Positions 13,434 through 25,198 of a stretch of 64,000 nucleotides of DNA are shown piece after piece. The stretch lies in the NCBI GenBank assembly GCA_026023565.1, contig JAPETS010000008.1:682001-746000 (forward strand), in the 5' to 3' direction. This DNA is from Cirrosporium novae-zelandiae. Taxonomy: Eukaryota. A program made the position numbers and the translations under genes. The notes beneath the pieces are model-generated. The model ran no database searches and was not told the origin of the DNA. It saw only the letters and a program-made list of their open reading frames with translations. Position 1 is the first letter of the stretch, and each line of letters begins with the position of its first letter.

Positions 13434-14411
13434 ATGACTGTCAAAAAACTTAAAATTGTCTGCCTAGACGGCTGTTACCTCCCTGTCCCGAGGCCCGATG
13501 TCGTGCACGAATATACCGAATATCCCAACACCAAGCCCTCCGAGGTGCTCTCGCGAGCCAAAAACGCCAACATCATCATCACCACCAAAGTGCCCCTCAC
13601 CGCCGAGACTATCAACGCATGCGCGCCGCTGGGGTTAGAGATGATCGCCATGATGGCTGCGGGAACGGAAAATGTGGATAAGGAGGCTTGTCATAAGAAT
13701 CATGTGCTTGTTACGAATGTACCCTCGGCCTCTGCGGAGTCGGTGGCTGAGCACGCGATTGCGCTTTACCTGGCTCGAAAGAGACGGATTGTGGAGCTGG
13801 ATGCTATGACGAAGCGGGGGGATGTTTGGAATATTAAGGGTACTATGACACATCATTTTGGTGGGCCGCCAACGGGACTGCGGTCGGACGTTATGGGGAT
13901 TATCGGGTACGGGGGATTGGGAAAGCGTATTGAAACGCTGGCACGGGCTTTGGGGTTGTCAGTACTCATTGCAGATCGTAAGGGAGCCAGACCAGAAGAG
14001 ACCCGAGAGGGACGAACCTCCTTCGCAGAAACAATTCAGCAGAGCACCGTTCTCGTTCTCGCCTGTCCGCTCAACAAGGACACCAGACACACGATCGGAG
14101 AACAGGAGCTGAGGGACATGCGCAAGGACGCCATCCTCATCAATGTTGCGAGGGGTGCCGTGGTGGACGAGCTCGCGCTCGCGATTGCATTGGAGGAACA
14201 CCAGATCGCGGGCGCAGCTACGGATGTCTTTGGAACGGAGCCAGCGACGATGGAATCGAGTCCGCTTCTGCAGAGGAAGCCGCCGAACCTGACGGTGTCA
14301 CCGCATATTGCGTGGTATGCGACGACGAGTATTGAATATCTGCAGGATACGGTTAAGGGAAATATTGAGGCGTGGGTTGCGGGGAAACCACGGAATATTG
14401 TGGTTGAGTGA
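13434..14411 (+). CDS. D-isomer-specific 2-hydroxyacid dehydrogenase (glycerate dehydrogenase/hydroxypyruvate reductase-like), intronless
   Basis: 325-aa ORF with the GIIGYGGLG Rossmann motif and the catalytic Arg/Glu/His in INVARG, DVFGTEP and SPHIAW. Confidence 0.93.
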   Translation: MTVKKLKIVCLDGCYLPVPRPDVVHEYTEYPNTKPSEVLSRAKNANIIITTKVPLTAETINACAPLGLEMIAMMAAGTENVDKEACHKNHVLVTNVPSASAESVAEHAIALYLARKRRIVELDAMTKRGDVWNIKGTMTHHFGGPPTGLRSDVMGIIGYGGLGKRIETLARALGLSVLIADRKGARPEETREGRTSFAETIQQSTVLVLACPLNKDTRHTIGEQELRDMRKDAILINVARGAVVDELALAIALEEHQIAGAATDVFGTEPATMESSPLLQRKPPNLTVSPHIAWYATTSIEYLQDTVKGNIEAWVAGKPRNIVVE

Positions 14412-15852
14412 GTTGGGGTTGGTGGTGGTGGTGGTGATGTATAAATTAAATTCTACTATTTAATGACCTAATAATCATAGATGACGTAGTAGTCGTGGAT
14501 CTATAATGAAAAAAGAAAGGCGTAAAAGCGTAAAGGGGGGGAAGAAAGGGGTGTGGGTGGGCAAAAAAAAAAGCAACTTTATACATAAAAAAGAAAGACA
14601 TTTAGTCTTTCTAAAGAAACATATATAAGTTCAGCAATGAATAGGATGGGATGGGATGTGACGAGTTAACGCTTACTGTATCTTTCTTCAATGGCAGATA
14701 AACTACCTTATATTAATAAGTTAATCTAGCCTACATAGGGGATATCAAGAATATTCAATTCAATTCAGAGCATGGAAGGATGCGACTATCTAACAATTGC
14801 ACTAGGTAGTCAAGTAAAGACACACACACACACATGATGCTAAAAGTAGCAATTTTAGTCCTCCCCGTGCCTCTTGTTATAAAGAGAGCCACGGGGGGGG
14901 GAGAGAGAGAGAGATGTGTTTCGACGAGTTGTTAAACTGCATCATGTAATAGCCGGGAGCCGGTATTTCGAGCAATGAGGAAAGGTTGGGTTCGTACTCA
15001 TGCTAAAAGGAAATGCAATACCGTATTGACTGCTCGGAACGACCATTCCAATGGCACCGAAGATGAAGTATTATACACCAATTACGTACGTGCCCGTCTT
15101 CTGCTAGGCTGACCTGAGACGGGAGATGCGATAACCGTCGCGATCATCTCCAAGATCGACTTCATTAAATCGACCTGACCTGACCTGATCTGGCTCGGCA
15201 CCATCATTAATAAACAACGAAGAAGAGCTAATAGGAAACACACTTGCATGTACATATCTAGCCTCATGAAATACGGATGCTTGCTTGATCCTGAAAGCTG
15301 GCACGAAGATGTTAAATTAACATGTTGCGATTTCTTTTGCTTGAAGGGAAGTTGAAGCGACTGAAAAAAAGCAAAAAAGTATCTATCATCCGACTCCTCT
15401 CTGTTGGAGCACAGAAGTGTAGAAAACTCAAAATAGAAGCATACATGCCTCCTAGTGGTCGCCTGATAAGCTAGATACTTGGGGCATCACAGCATTTACT
15501 CTTCTTTACGTATGCATCCTCTACGATAATTTTGCAAGATGCATTCTTCCCATCTTCCCGTTCTCTCCTTGATCAGTGCTACATATTCGTTATGCTGCAT
15601 GGACGGAATGTAGGTCGGAATGATGCTTCCTGAGTATTCTTATGGAAGCACAATGGTTGACTGTCTCCAGTAACTGGAGTATTATTTTCGTGTTGTGCTT
15701 CTACTAAGTGCCACCTGTGAAGATCTGGAGTTTACTGTTACTTTGCAAGGTCTTCTTCAGCTGTGTTTGGTAGATCCCGCTTCTATTAAAGAGAAGGTTT
15801 AACCCTTGACATCTAAAGCACTCTAGCTACAGACAAATAAGCAGAATCGATC

Positions 15853-17537
15853 ATGGATGATATTTCTGATCAGAGGTCCCGTCGATTAGACATCTCTCAA
15901 CTGATTGAAGAAAGCATCAATGCCCATACGCCCGCAATACAAAAGATAAATGACACAGTTCTTCTCTCCATTTTTTCTCTTAGTTAGAGAACATCGAATA
16001 ACTAATACTATTTGAGAGTAGATCTGGAGCAATCCCGAGGTGGCCTGGCATGAGAGAACAGCCCATGATACCATCTGCGACTACTTCGATTCTTTGGGCT
16101 CAGACTATAGCGTCCATCGACACGCATATGGGATCGAGACTAGCTTTTTGATCCAAGCCACCACGCTAGACTCTTCTATTCAGTCTAACCGCACTCGAAC
16201 GATAGTGTTTAATGCCGAGTATGATGCACTTCCCGACATGGTCCTTATACCGAATACCGATCCCCCCCAATACAAGCCGGCACATGCCTGCGGGCATAAT
16301 CTTATAGCTTCTGCATCTATTGCAGCCTTTATTGCTTGTTGGCAGGCGTTGAAAGAGACAACGTTCCAAGGCACGGTGAGACTTCTCGGTACTCCTGCAG
16401 AGGAGAGTGGCGGAGGAAAAATCAAATTGCTAGAAGCAGGTGCCTATAACAATGTCGATGCTTGCATGATGGTCCATCCGGGGCCGTTAACCTCCGATAA
16501 GAATCTGAGAGCAGTTTCTTTTACTACGAGCCTTGCCTCGCAAAGGGTAACAGCTGACTTTAAAGGGCTTGCTTCACACGCTGGATTCGCCCCTTGGAAA
16601 GGGAAAAACGCACTTGATGCTCTAGTGACCTCCTATGCCGCTATTTCAGCGCTCCGTCAGCAACTACACCCATCCCTCAGAGTATCTGGAATTATAACAA
16701 ACGGAGGGACCGTCGCAAATGTCATACCGGATCACACCGAGGCAGAGTACAGTATCCGAGCCGAATCCAGGAAAGAGTTGGAAGACCTCCTTGAAAAGAT
16801 CATCCATTGCTTTGAAGCGGGAGAACAAGCGGCAAACTGCACTGTGGATGTGGATGAGTGAGTGATTTCCCCTTCTCTTTTACCAAATCGCATGCGATTT
16901 ACATTATACTAACTCAACCTAGCACAAGACCCGCCTATTGGGAGATGATTTCCAATAAATGCCTTTGCCATGATTTCACACAACGCATGAATGAGTTCGG
17001 TGTCGATACGGTTTACGATCTACCCGAACTCACCAATGACGCGGGTGTATCCACAGACCAAGGCAAGATGAATGCACAATAGCATACCGAGGCGAGCCCA
17101 TTTTGGCTAACGTAGCAACTATAGGGAACGTATCTCATTTTATTCCGGCCATGCAGGCTGGGTTTTTCATCGACAGTGGAGATGCTATCAACCACATGCC
17201 CGCATTTGCAGATGCCGCTGGCACCATGGACGCATTTGAAAGAGCACTAGACTGTGGCAAGGGTCTGGCAGCTATGGGATTTGATGTATTAACCGATGCT
17301 GTGAAAGTCGCTCAAGTAAAGGATTCATATATGCTAGATATCTCTGCTAAGGCGGCTGCTGTTGCTCAAAATTATGGGAAAGAAGTCCCAACTCAAAAAC
17401 AGATTGACAATTTGCTGGCATCACCCCCATCCTTGTTTGAACCCCTACTTAAGAATCTTGAAATGGGAAGAGAACAGGTTATTGGAGCTCTAATGGCAGT
17501 CGATGCTTTCTTCAATCCAAAGAGAGGATTGCTGTAG
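15853..17537 (+). CDS. M20 amidohydrolase (Acy1L2/PM20D2-like)
   Basis: ATG at 15853; after intron 1 the protein reads IWSNPEVAWHE. Further motifs are NAEYDALP, HACGHNLI, GTPAEE, and STDQGNVSH, which is formed across a GC-AG intron at 17063-17124. Confidence 0.9.
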
Positions 17538-18053
17538 TCTAGTGCAGAGGACCTTATTCAGGATAAACTGCCAATGACTATGAGGCCAAGAGCAAAATGG
17601 AGGGTTCTAGTCTAAAACCAGTTTTCGTTAGAAAAAGAGTATTTAAGTGGCCGTTAGTGTTAGGTATTCACTAGTATTACCTTATATTTGAAAGATGGTG
17701 TTGATTTTTTATACTATTACCCTGATACTAAGTAAGTCCCCGAGCAATGTCCGCCATAGCTTAGAAGTGACATCCGGACAATAAAATGAGTTATCCTCAT
17801 CAAGGATAGAAGCGTTGGAGAATCGTAAAGAGTTAAAAGAGGTGGATAGGGGCCACGAAGGGGCTATCTACTGTACCTCGCTTATCTGATCAAGTTTTTC
17901 AAAGGAGCAAAAACCCTGGCACACTCTACTTCAATTCAACACCAGTCGACCAGAAATATATTATTGAAATTCTATTTCTATTTCTTATTTTTTTGATTCT
18001 TCAAATATATTCTTCCTATCAAACTCCGTGCTTTAGTATGTGTCACCAGTTGG

Positions 18054-19543
18054 CTAATTTCCATACTTTTTCTCCACCTGGATGTTGTACTTCAGGAACG
18101 CATTTAGCAGAATCTCAGCGCTGGTAACGCAATCTTCTGGTCGTGCGTATTCCGATGCTTTATATTTGTCAGCTTGGGTGTTCTTGAATCCTGATATTTA
18201 AATCAACTTACGATGATGGCTCACACCGTCTCTACACCTTGTGAATAGCATCGCCGTGGGAATTCTAGTCGATGTATTTACACTAATGGGTTTATAGGTT
18301 AGAGGGATATCCTCCAAATTTATTGAAAGAAGAAACTTACCTGTCATGACCAATAGCTGAGGTCAAATCAATGGTACATCCCTTATCCCGACAGCTCTCT
18401 CTCAAACATTGGACCATGGTGGGATCAAATACTAGTGCCGGTTGTGTCCATGAAACTTCAATGTCTATCTTCAATCCATGCTGGGCTGCGATATCCGCAA
18501 AGGTCGATCTGACCATTTTTTCAATATCATCAATATCCCCATCCTTTGGAGCTCGGACGTCGATGGTGAAATCTGCGCTCTCGGCAATGGTGTTGATACT
18601 TTGAGGTGCTGATTCGATAACTGCGACGGTGGCCTTTGCATTCAGCTGAGCAAGCTTTTTTGTTACTATTTCATTCGTTTCAACTATCATCTTGGCAGCA
18701 CCAAGCAGAGAATCTTTACGCTGATCCATTGGGGTTGAACCGGTATGCTGGCCTCGACCTTTGATGGTAACTTTTAACCATCTAATCGACTGTACACCCA
18801 TGACTGCTCCTGCTGCCTGTTGTGCCTGATCTAGGATTGGACCTTGTTCGATATGGACCTCGAAATGGGCGAGAAGAGGGTTCTTTTGATATGAACAAGG
18901 CACGTCGCCAAGATATCCTGCTCTCTCTAGTTCCTCCTTCATTGTCACACCAAAACGGTCAGCTAGGGCATGGCCATAGTCCTCCGTGTACTTTTCTATC
19001 CAGACTCCAGACCCATGCATAGCTTGAGGGAACCGAGCACCCTCTTCATCTGCCCAGTTGACAATCGCCAAAGGGGCATAAGTCTTGATATTATTTTCAT
19101 GGACGACGCGCAGGACCTCGAGAGCGCAAAGTATACCTAATATACCATCATATTTGCCTCCAGTTGGCTGTGTATCTAAATGCGATCCTAGTGCCACCGG
19201 GGCAAGGTCATTGTTAATACCGGGTCGGATGGCAAAAATATTGCCCATGGTATCGATCTGAGACTCGGTCAGAAGATATTGACTACTTTAATCAAATAGT
19301 GCAACTCACCTTATGGGAACAGCCGCATTTTTTGGTTTGTTCCATGAACCAGTCTCGGACCAATTTGTCATCGTCGTTCATTGCTACTCGGTTCATTCCC
19401 CCATCTGGCGTACTAATTATCCAATATTCTTAGTTTGATCTCATTTCTTAACTCTCCGTGTCTTCTTACCTTCCCCATTGGCAAGACTCATCAAAGCTGG
19501 CGAGCATACGCTCAGCATTTACTTTCACATCCGGTAATGCCAT
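18054..19543 (-). CDS. M20 hydantoinase/carbamoylase-family amidohydrolase (beta-alanine synthase/allantoate amidohydrolase-like)
   Basis: Motifs GGMNRVA, GSHLDTQPTGGKYDGILG, NWADEEGARF, HFEVHIEQGP, HTGSTPM, SAIGHD and GVSHH. It ends ...KKYGN*. Confidence 0.92.
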
Positions 19544-20200
19544 CGTTTGAACAATTGATTTGGAACCTTTTGTCGCTTCAATTGCGGGAGTCCCAGGTCC
19601 TATATTAACAGCTACCTCGACGGCCATGATTAGCCCTCTGTCGGAAATAGGATCCACTTGGCCGCTATCAGATTGCTTACCCGCTCATGACCCGGCCGTC
19701 CACAATATTTGAATTTGTGAAGAAACTTATAGAATTATTTTTGAAGGAGCTGGCTTGGGGCAACAAGGAGTTCTCCTTTCACTACTGTGTCCATCAACTT
19801 GCGCCAAGGCACTCCCCTCAACTTGGATATGTTACTCTACAATTTATTTGTTATTGTCCGAATTTTGGGCGATAATAATCTCGGGTCTAGATTGGAGTTG
19901 GTGTTACGTAGGTGGGGTCGACGGATAAGAGCGCCGCTAGTCCGCGTCCCACCAGGCCCACTACGCCCACCTACACCCCACCCCCATCTTTAATCCCCTG
20001 CAATTCTGGCAAGCTTTCCTGCTGTCCAGTTTCAGTATCAATTTCCATTCACCTATCGTTGGTACCTCAAACCCAGATATGAAGTTCAACATAAACTATT
20101 TGGGGGACAAGGCGTCCTCCGCATCTTGTTGTGGGTTCCCTCTGGAAGTAAAAACTGTTTTAGTGCTTCCGCTCTATTGTATCAATGATATTTTGGCGGA

Positions 20201-23200
20201 ATGGCTGAAGTCCGAAGAACGGTGTTGTCCTGTGCTAGATGTCGAAGACGGAAGATCAAGGTATTTTTTCTATTTTTTCGTAATATGTTAAGAAAAAGTC
20301 ATGAGACCAATAAACATTTGAGCGAAATCATAATCTATTCATCTGGAGCTCCTCCACAATACCATCCCCAGTTTTCGGACCTCGGCCATCTCTCTGCTCT
20401 AGTTCGAATGCGTGGTTCTGATGATGAACCGTGAATATGTTTAAGCTGACGGCCGAACTAGTGTGACCGTAGGCTTCCAGCCTGTTCCGCCTGCGTTACC
20501 TCAGGGTCAAGCTGTGTGGGATTCAACTCGAAAGGTACTACTGAAGTTCCAAGGAGTGTTGTTTTGCACCTGGAAGAGGAGATTGCTCGGATAGAGATTG
20601 AGCTGGGCCATTGCGTTGAACACCCAGACAAACCAGGAGTTCCTATAGAATCTCCAGATGGACAACTCGATACCGAGCAGGTTCCTACATCTAATGGGCT
20701 GTCAGCACCCACCGACGGCGGACCTCTGACAATGTTAACAGACTCCGTCAAGGAATGCGTGATGGCTTCCCCGGAACTTGAAGCCATGATTATGGCAACA
20801 AAGCCACCCGGCCCTTCTATCTCAGATTCGGTATCAAGGATTCGTATGGGTCTGACACCGTCCCGCCCAGTTGTTCCGGCAGCCACCAGTGATAAACAAG
20901 GCCATCGGGGGTCTATCACCGCCCGACCAGCCCAGACAGAGCCAGGAACTCCTCTACTTTGCAGCGTATGTTGAAAAAGTGGAATATCCTAACAATCGAG
21001 ACTAAAAGTTTGAACTAGATACCTGGTAGCATCATCCATGGTTTAGTAAAGAAATATGTGACCCATATTCTTCCTAGCTGGCCACTACTTTATGAGCCAA
21101 CAGTTTGGGCACAATTGGAAACAACCTTGCAGCTAATTGACAAAACCCGAGGTTCTCTAAATCAATGGGGAATATTGATGGAGCCCCCAAACTATGATGT
21201 TTTGGTAATTCATCTTATTCTTGCAATTTCTGTAACCCTAGGGAGTGCACAGAGTGCCCATGAATCTCGTTGCATGGCTCTTTCGGAATCACTTTTCAAA
21301 GAAGGAATCACTCATATGTCTAATAAGCTTTATTTCCCCAATGACCTTGCCAACTTGCAAGCGACGCTTTTGATATTACAATATGCTTGTATCAATCCAA
21401 AGGCTGCCTCTGTGTGGATTCTTTCAGGTGCCGCGATGAGTAAGCCACTTCTCAAACTCAATATGAACTCAGATCACTGATAGCACTAGGAACTTGTGTT
21501 GAATTAGGAATACACAGGGAGGCATCTGAAAGTAACAATATGTATATGGATCCGGTGACTATGGATTTAAGAAGAAGAGTATTCTGGTTTGCTTATTGCA
21601 TGGATCGCTCCATTTGCTCTGCCCTACAACGGCCTCTATCAATACCAGATTCGGCAATTGATGCTTGTTTCCCTTCACTACTAGGCGACCAAAGTATATC
21701 AGGATATGGCTTTGATCAGCGTGGAAGTATGAGCAAGATTTCAGCGTTCCGATGGATTGAATATTATCAATTACAATCTTCGATGATCGAAGTACACTTC
21801 CAAGGAAAGCCGCTAGAAACTGGCCAAAGCTGGGATGACTGGCTTCAGCTGATAGAACGCAGACTGCGCCAATGGTATCAAAATGATCCTGATAGTGATG
21901 AGGAAACAGAGTTTGCATTCTGGCATGGCCTTGCTATTCTACATCGGCCTTCCCCAAGAGTTCCATCCCCTTCTGCAGGGAGCCTCTTGACTGCTTTTGA
22001 AGCGGCCTCGGCATCTGCCAGGATATATCATAACCATCTTCTTTCTGGATTCTATCGACGTCCATGGCTTGCTGCCCACCATACCTTGGAGATGTCAATG
22101 GTTGTTCTGTACTGCCTTCGCAATGGGTTCGAACACATTTCTAAGAAATTCAAGGCTCACGAAATATTTGAAATGACCAAGCTATTTACCTCTAATTTTC
22201 TGACGATTTCTCAACAAGGATGGCCGGAAATTTCGGAATATGCAGCCATCTACGAGAGGTTACTAGGGCCTCTGTTGGAATCGGTATTTACAAGATCAAA
22301 TAATCCAAAAGCGATGGCATTTGGTCTAGCACAAGATGAAGAACTCTCCAGACTTCTATATCCCGGACCTGCTCACCTCGAAAAACTACGGTTTGGCACC
22401 ACAAAAGAACCATGTTTAGATATATTTCCTCCTTTCAACATCGAAATGTTTGATTTTGAAAGTGAGTATCATGATCTGATTGCTAGTACGAGAGAAGAAA
22501 TGTTTCACGCTATACCTACAGCCTTCCCAGCATCAACACCTGCGATCGTTATAGACGAAGGAAATAATTCTAAACTTTCCTCTCCTTCGTCCTCCACCCA
22601 AAGGGGTGATGTAGAAAATGAGCAAATTTATGCAGCATTAAAACTACTCCCAAGTTGCCTGAGATGCCGGAGACTAAGAAGGAAATGCGACCTTCGACTT
22701 CCAGGGTGCAAACACTGTATGCAGGTCGGGGTTAGCTGTAACTTCAAGGATCCAGCTCTGGAAGAGGATATTTCGAGAAGCTATGTTCACGCCTTGAAGC
22801 TGAGATACGAAGGCCTAGTTGCAAAGAAGGCTGCTAGCCTTGGTCCAGTCATTACATCAACTCTGCCTGGGAACGATAACTGTGAGATGAATGACACTAC
22901 AGCCGCAATGCTAATTGCTTCAATCAAATTACCTCCTGGGAGTTATAGGGCATCATTTGATGGACACTATCGCATTAGGGCTCCTTTTGGTCACCGATTC
23001 GCCTTCTTCGGTAAGAGCTCAACCTACGCGCTATGCACAGAAGTCCTTTCTCTAGCGTCTTTCAAGAACCCTACTCAGCGTGCCTATCCTTGGCTTCCAC
23101 CGCTGCCGAACCATTTTGGGTTCAATGATAGGCCTAGCATGATAGAGTTGCCACCAAATACCACGATATTAGATATGCTTACACTATTCCAATCCACTAT

Positions 23201-24452
23201 CAACGTTATATATCCTTTTATAAACGGAAGCAAAATCCAAGAGGACTTGGACGTTTATCTTACATTGCACAGCCAAAAGATGTTTAACCCTGCTTATTTA
23301 AGCCCAACTGAAGCTTATCAACACTTCCGAGTCACAATGATGTGTGCGATTGCATGTGTTATGGAATCACGACATGATCAGAGTTTTGCTGCTTGCGCTG
23401 ATACATTTTTCGCAGACGCTGAAAAATGCGTTGAATCTGTAACATCCGAGACCGCACCAGACTCATTACAAGCTCTGTTACTCCTTGTCGTATTTCATCT
23501 ATTTCAACCCCAACGGGGGGAGATATGGACGCTTCTGGATTTTGCCTGCCGCTTGGCTATCGAACTTGGATATCACACCGAACAAGCCCTACCATATGAC
23601 GAGAATCATGTGCAAGAATTACGTAGGGGAACTTTCTGGTCTTTGTATACTATAGAGCGCATAGTCGGACAACTCTACGGGCGCCCTTCCGATTTACCAG
23701 AACCTATAATCACTACGGGCTATCCTTCAATCCTGTCGTCTGTGCTTCCAACTGACCAGGAGACGGTACAAATGGTTTCATCCGCACATCATTATCGCCT
23801 TGTTTATCTACGTTCGGAGATTTACAAGGAAACATATCTTTCTGCTACCCCTATACATCATGATCTTTCATGGCTAGAGGAGCGTTACATACCACTACTA
23901 CGATGGCACGAAAATGCAAAGACCCGGGAGTCGCTGGAAGGTGTAGGCACTGTCACTTGCAATGTGGCATATCACTCTACCGTTATTTTTCTATTTCAGC
24001 CGTTGGTCCTTGAAACTCTAGCCGCTGCAAGAAAGACCAATTCACTATCGGGACCAAAAAGACAAATACCTGCTGATAGCTACTGGTCTGCTCGAGAATT
24101 GATTAGATGTTACGAGAGAGTAATTCGGGCCCCAAACCATTCACCCCTCGGAATTTATCCAATGACGTTTATGTCTGCGCATTATGTCGTTCTTGCAGCA
24201 GCGACACTTTTAGCTCACTGGCTCCTTGCGGTGGATAAACAGACAGAGCATCTGCAGCCTCTCTACGAAGTCATCAGACAACGAATACCCCAAAGCATTG
24301 TCGACTCTGAGATATTTGAACTTTCGCACTCGACTGTAGCTGTTCTTTCTTGGTGTGGGGAGCGATGGAAGGGCTTGTTGGGGATGCTGGACATCTATCG
24401 ACGGGTGTCCGAAGAGGTCTTGCCAGAGTTTATTCGAAATATGGGCGAATAA
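20201..24452 (+). CDS. Zn2Cys6 transcription factor with two tandem Zn-cluster + fungal TF-domain modules (~1315 aa)
   Basis: Exons are 20201-20260, 20462-20965, 21019-21439 and 21490-24452. Cluster 1 is CARCRRRKIK|CDRRLPACSACVTSGSSC; cluster 2 is CLRCRRLRRKCDLRLPGCKHCMQVGVSC at 22656-22739. The two MHR motifs are ELGIHR..LRRRVFWFAYCMDR and ELGYH..LRRGTFWSLYTIER. Confidence 0.9.
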
Positions 24453-25198
24453 GGGAGTATATGATGATTTAACTGCTGGGCTGGTTCAAGTCAAATATTT
24501 ATTATGTTATCTTCTTTTGTTATGAATTGTGTCGGTCGTGAACTACCGAAATCATGATTGATGAAAATAAAAGAGGGGGGTCTAGAAAAGGATAATACTC
24601 CAAGGAGGGTAAATTGCTATTTTTGCTTATCGAGACCGTTTTGATACTATGTGAAAATGCACAAGGTTATGCGAATTCAATAAAAATCTGCCATCAAAGA
24701 CTTACAAGTCGTAGATGCCTTGAATGTGATGGAATGATGTCATATCAGATAGCTACCCGAGTAGGGTTAGAATATCCCTGGCCCTTATCGTTCGCCAACG
24801 GAGGTGTTATCGGCCGGCGGCCCCCAACTTCAGTCTGACCTCTTAACAAAAGATCCACTCAAAGATCTCGATTCTCGACCTAATCCACGAGCTAGATCAT
24901 GTCCGCAAACCATGATCATATCCCCATTCCCCCAATATCCGTCAGGAACACCATGGTGGGGTCGATAAGCTTCCCTCTTTTTCCCTCGAAGAAGTCCGCT
25001 CAAAGCTACCAACGGAGAACCACGCTCTTTTTTTCTTATTGCCGTGTAACAACACCTGAACCATCAACCAACAATATGTATCGCATTAACTCTCTTGGTC
25101 TTCTTCATCAGAGGCGCTGGGGATTCCTCTTTCACTTGTTTTCTTTGTGGACCTGAATTCACCTCATCTCGTAGAAGACCCCTATCACCACGCCCAGC

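Noticed and set aside
20458..20919. Antisense ORFs overlapping real genes (this one and many others in the track)
   Set aside because: They are shadows of coding-strand codon bias and have no independent motifs.
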